DNA from: Octopus vulgaris
Lineage: Eukaryota
NCBI GenBank assembly: GCA_951406725.2
Contig: CATOCA020000083.1
Span: 1 to 6,871, forward strand
Direction of reading: 5' to 3'
Length of the DNA: 6,871 bases
The position numbers were made by a program, and so were the translations under genes. Below the pieces are notes generated by a model. The model saw only the letters and a program-made list of their open reading frames with translations, did not search any database and had not been told where the DNA came from. Shown here piece by piece: positions 1 through 6,871 of the stretch (its first letter is position 1; each line of letters begins with the position of its first letter).

Positions 1-57
1 TAAGATAGGTAGTTGGCTTTGAGGAATCCCTTTGTTGTGAAAGAAAACTTATTACTG

Positions 58-103
58 AAGCCTTCTGAGTAGATTTGGTTGATGGAAACTCAAAGAAGCC
101 TGT
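58..103 (+). mobile_element. Fragment of a tRNA-derived SINE central domain (Octopus-type SINE, Meta-core-like), running into its internal TG/TA microsatellite
   Basis: AAGCCTTCTGAGTAGATTTGGTTGATGGAAACTCAAAGAAGCCTGT matches at 40/46 positions the motif AAGCCTTGTGAGTGGATTTGGTAGACGGAAACTGAAAGAAGCCCGT. I recall that motif from memory (no search run) as part of an abundant Octopus SINE, where a TA/TG tract follows it, as here. Two of the six differences are CpG>TpG. No tRNA head (A/B box) is recognisable in 1-57. Confidence 0.65.
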
Positions 104-121
104 TTTGTTTTGTGTGTGTAC

Positions 122-2089
<1,968 letters not shown>

Positions 2090-2090
<1 letters not shown>

Positions 2091-2111
2091 TGATACTTTG
2101 ATACTTTGATA
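2090..2111 (-). repeat. LINE 3' tail: ~2.75 tandem copies of an 8-mer (TATCAAAG on the element strand)
   Basis: The + strand reads TTGATACT TTGATACT TTGATA at 2090-2111, directly abutting (TA)n. CR1/L2 elements end in short tandem repeats rather than poly(A). Confidence 0.85.
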
Positions 2112-2177
2112 GGTTTCGGCCATTATTGGCCCAGGCCATGTCTAACTTAATAGCACCACCTGGTGAAGTCTTTCAAG

Positions 2178-2716
2178 TCAGAATTTGGGCACTATGGCCC
2201 ACTCAAGTAGAGAGTTATTGTTTACAGAGACATATCCGGGTGTAGGGGGTTTATCCGGGATTTCTTGAAGGAATCTGTCCAAAGACTTCTTGAACCCTAT
2301 AGGGTCAGTTTCTGTTTTAATGTGTTTTGGTGTAATGTTAAAGAGAGCGGGGCCAATTGAGGTGAAATAATTGTGCCGTATTGTTGTTATGAGATGAGAG
2401 TGCGATTTTTGTTTTGGGCGGATGGCACGGGGCCCAAGCCTTGGATGTACCTTAAAGGTGATGCCAACATCATTTGGGCAATGCTGATGGAATATTTTCC
2501 ACATCATGCAGATGATGTAGCGCTCACGACGACGTTGGAGAGAATAGAGTTTTAGCTTTTCTATCGACCCCAATAGTCGAGGCCTGTCATGCCATCTATC
2601 TTTTTGTGATTGCCCTTTGAGGTGCTTCGACTTTTTTGATACCTTGTATTGTGTGGGGAGACCACAGTGGACAACAGTATTCAAGGTGGGGTCGGGCAAA
2701 AGTGGAGAAGAGAAGG

Positions 2717-2718
<2 letters not shown>
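2178..2718 (-). pseudogene. LINE ORF2 (reverse transcriptase polyprotein) C-terminal fragment, ~180 codons, with two 1-bp frameshifts
   Basis: Three frames join into [75 protein letters not shown]...[20 protein letters not shown]. The shifts map to the T5 run at 2601-2605 and to ~2563/2564. There is no start codon and no catalytic RT (YADD) or endonuclease domain in the window. Confidence 0.88.
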
Positions 2719-5128
<2,410 letters not shown>

Positions 5129-5387
5129 CCGGCTTTCGTAGAGTAAACACGTGTTGTCTCTCTCTGCGATAAAAAACAAGAAGGGCTGCATAAAATCGAC
5201 GAAATAACTTGGCAAATCACTCACAAAACGTGGAAATTGTTACTTTATAGACGCGTACCTGGATATTTGCTTAAAAATCGCAATATATTTCTGCCACAAG
5301 TCAAGTTTTGACACAAAGATCTCTTTCGAGCGATACGCACGTGGAATCTAATTTTATTTCCAGACGATAAGTACCCAAATTCCTGTA

Positions 5388-5850
5388 TATATCCTCGCAA
5401 AAACGTATCACAAATTCTTGTTACTGTTAATTTCGTTAAATCTATTATCTATAAATTACCTGTTACTCTGTTTATATATGTATGTGCGTATGTGTGTGTG
5501 TGTTAGTATATACGTGCATGTGTGTGTGTGTGTGTTAGTAGTAGAATCGTTTATATCCTTGCAAAAACGTATCACAAATTCTTGTTACTGTTAATTTCGT
5601 TAAATCTATTATCTATAAATTACCTGTTACTCTGTTTATATATGTATGTGCGTATATATTTATATATACGTGCATGTGTGTGTGTGTGTTAGTAGTAGAA
5701 TCGTTTATATCCTTGCAAAAACGTATCACAAATTCTTGTTACTGTTAATTTCGTTAAATCTATTATCTATAAATTACCTGTTACTCTGTTTATATATGTA
5801 TGTGCGCATATATCTATATATACGTGCATGTGTGTTAGTAGTAGAATCGT
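5388..5850. repeat. Tandem repeat, 3 near-identical copies of a ~155-bp unit
   Basis: Units start TATATCCT(C/T)GCAAAAACGTATCACAAATTC at 5388, 5552 and 5706 and end ...TTAGTAGTAGAATCGT. Lengths are 164, 154 and 145 bp, and the differences are almost confined to the TA/TG tracts. Confidence 0.95.
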
Positions 5851-5854
5851 ATTG

Positions 5855-5887
5855 TAGTTTATCTTAAGAGACATTAGTTTATCTTAA
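5855..5887. repeat. 13-bp direct repeat TAGTTTATCTTAA x2 (20-bp period)
   Basis: Exact copies at 5855-5867 and 5875-5887. Confidence 0.85.
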
Positions 5888-5889
5888 AA

Positions 5890-6396
5890 TAAATATATAT
5901 TGCCATTTCTTGGCGTGTTTTCTTTCAGCTGTTTTAATTATTATTAAAGGTATAGTCGCAATTAGTTATAGTTTTGTTATAGAAGAATTTGTCTGTTGCG
6001 GCGGACAAATATATTATTACACTATTTTATTATCTATTATTATTATCACTTGTTAAATATATGTGTGTGTGTTATATATATATATGTGCGTATGTATATA
6101 CTACATATATATATATAAACTCTGTAAAACCTCCTGGCCTGTTTTTTCTTTCTTTCTTTTCTTTTCTTTCAGCTGTTTTATTTTATTTTATTTTTCATTT
6201 TTATTATTATTATTGTCTTATAATCTCTTACTATTATTACTTTGTAATATATGTTTATATATGTTTTGTAATATATGCCTATATATGTTTCATTATTATT
6301 ATTGTCTCTTTATGTACTCACTTGTTACTCTTGTCTATATATGTGCATGTGCACACGTGTGTACATGTGTGTGTGTGTGTGTATACATATGTATGT
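5890..6396. repeat. AT-rich low-complexity region with (TTA)n, (CTTT)n, (TA)n and (TG)n tracts and a 24-bp tandem duplication
   Basis: TTA-like runs at ~6010-6045 and ~6200-6240, CTTT at 6146-6170, TTTGTAATATATG(TT/CC)TATATATGT x2 at 6241-6288, and (TG)n at 6366-6382. Confidence 0.8.
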
Positions 6397-6520
6397 CCCA
6401 ATAGCTTCGTTTAGAATTCTATCTGTCTCTCCAGTTCTCTCCCTTGCGCCCCTCCTTGGCCCAATAGCTTCGTTTAGATCTCTCTGTCTGTCTCTTCGGT
6501 TCTCTCCCTTTGCGCTTTCT
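6397..6520. repeat. Diverged tandem duplication, 2 x ~63 bp
   Basis: CCCAATAGCTTCGTTTAGA is exact at 6397-6415 and 6460-6478. Each copy is followed by a similar CT-rich tract ending GTTCTCTCCCTT(T)GCGC. Confidence 0.88.
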
Positions 6521-6576
6521 CTGTCTATCTCAGCTCTCCTCTAGAGGCTTTCTCTATCTTCCTTCAGCACTCAGTA

Positions 6577-6871
6577 TCTCCTCTTCCTCTACTCTCTTGC
6601 TCTCTTCTCTTGGCTCCCAATCTCTCCTTAAGTGCACGGACGCTCTCTTTCTCTATTACCCCCTACCCCCCTATTGCACTATTGGATTAATATAACTTAA
6701 TATAACTAGATAGATAGATAGATAGACAAAATATCTCTCCTCTTCCTCTTCTCTCCTGCTCTCTTCTCTTGGCTCCCAATCTCTCCTTAAGTACATAGAC
6801 GCTCTCTTTCTCTATTACCCCCCTACTTTGGATTAATATTACTTAACATAATTAGATAGATAGATAATATA
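6577..6871. repeat. Tandem duplication with ~159-bp period: CT-rich body plus (TAGA)n end
   Basis: Copies start TCTCCTCTTCCTCT at 6577 and 6736 and share GCTCTCTTCTCTTGGCTCCCAATCTCTCCTTAAGT and GACGCTCTCTTTCTCTATTACCCCCTAC. They end in (TAGA)5 at 6707-6726 and (TAGA)3 at 6853-6864. The array may continue past the window. Confidence 0.92.

Noticed and set aside
62-98. Hairpin CTTC-TGAGT...ACTCA-AA-GAAG in the SINE-core fragment
   Set aside because: Short bulged stem with a long loop, compatible with chance, and there is no covariation evidence.
2373-2555. 60-aa + strand ORF
   Set aside because: Antisense shadow of the LINE ORF2 fragment with no recognisable motif.
5346-5376. Splice-acceptor-like CTAATTTTATTTCCAG (also TTTTCTTTCAG at 5918-5928 and 6162-6172)
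   Set aside because: Such motifs are common in AT-rich DNA. There is no convincing downstream donor or coding exon, and the call cannot be supported without RNA-seq.
5388-5850. Possible CRISPR-like repeat-spacer array
   Set aside because: Whole ~155-bp units are duplicated with no unique spacers, no cas genes are present, and the context is eukaryotic.
5646-6695. Short + strand ORFs (61-141 aa) rich in Y/I/C/V/L/S
   Set aside because: Translations of TA/TG/TTA/CT low-complexity tracts and tandem repeats. They overlap in several frames and show no domain signature.

Overview
AT-rich, non-genic eukaryotic DNA, probably from an invertebrate. An Octopus-type SINE core that I recognise from memory suggests a cephalopod. 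About 4.4 kb of the window is two very long (TA)n arrays (~122-2090 and ~2717-5126). Between them sits a ~630-bp 5'-truncated CR1/L2-group LINE on the minus strand. It retains the post-RT C-terminus of ORF2 (two 1-bp frameshifts), a short structured 3' UTR and an 8-bp tandem-repeat tail. A 46-bp SINE-core-like fragment precedes the first array. After the second array come ~260 bp of CpG-rich unique sequence and a series of local tandem duplications (3 x ~155 bp, 2 x 20, 2 x 24, 2 x ~63, 2 x ~159 bp) mixed with low-complexity DNA. All long 'YIYIYI' ORFs are artefacts of stop-free (TA)n. I find no intact gene and no convincing new protein-coding system. The most interesting signal is the nested SINE core / expanded (TA)n / LINE architecture and the internal structure of the arrays.
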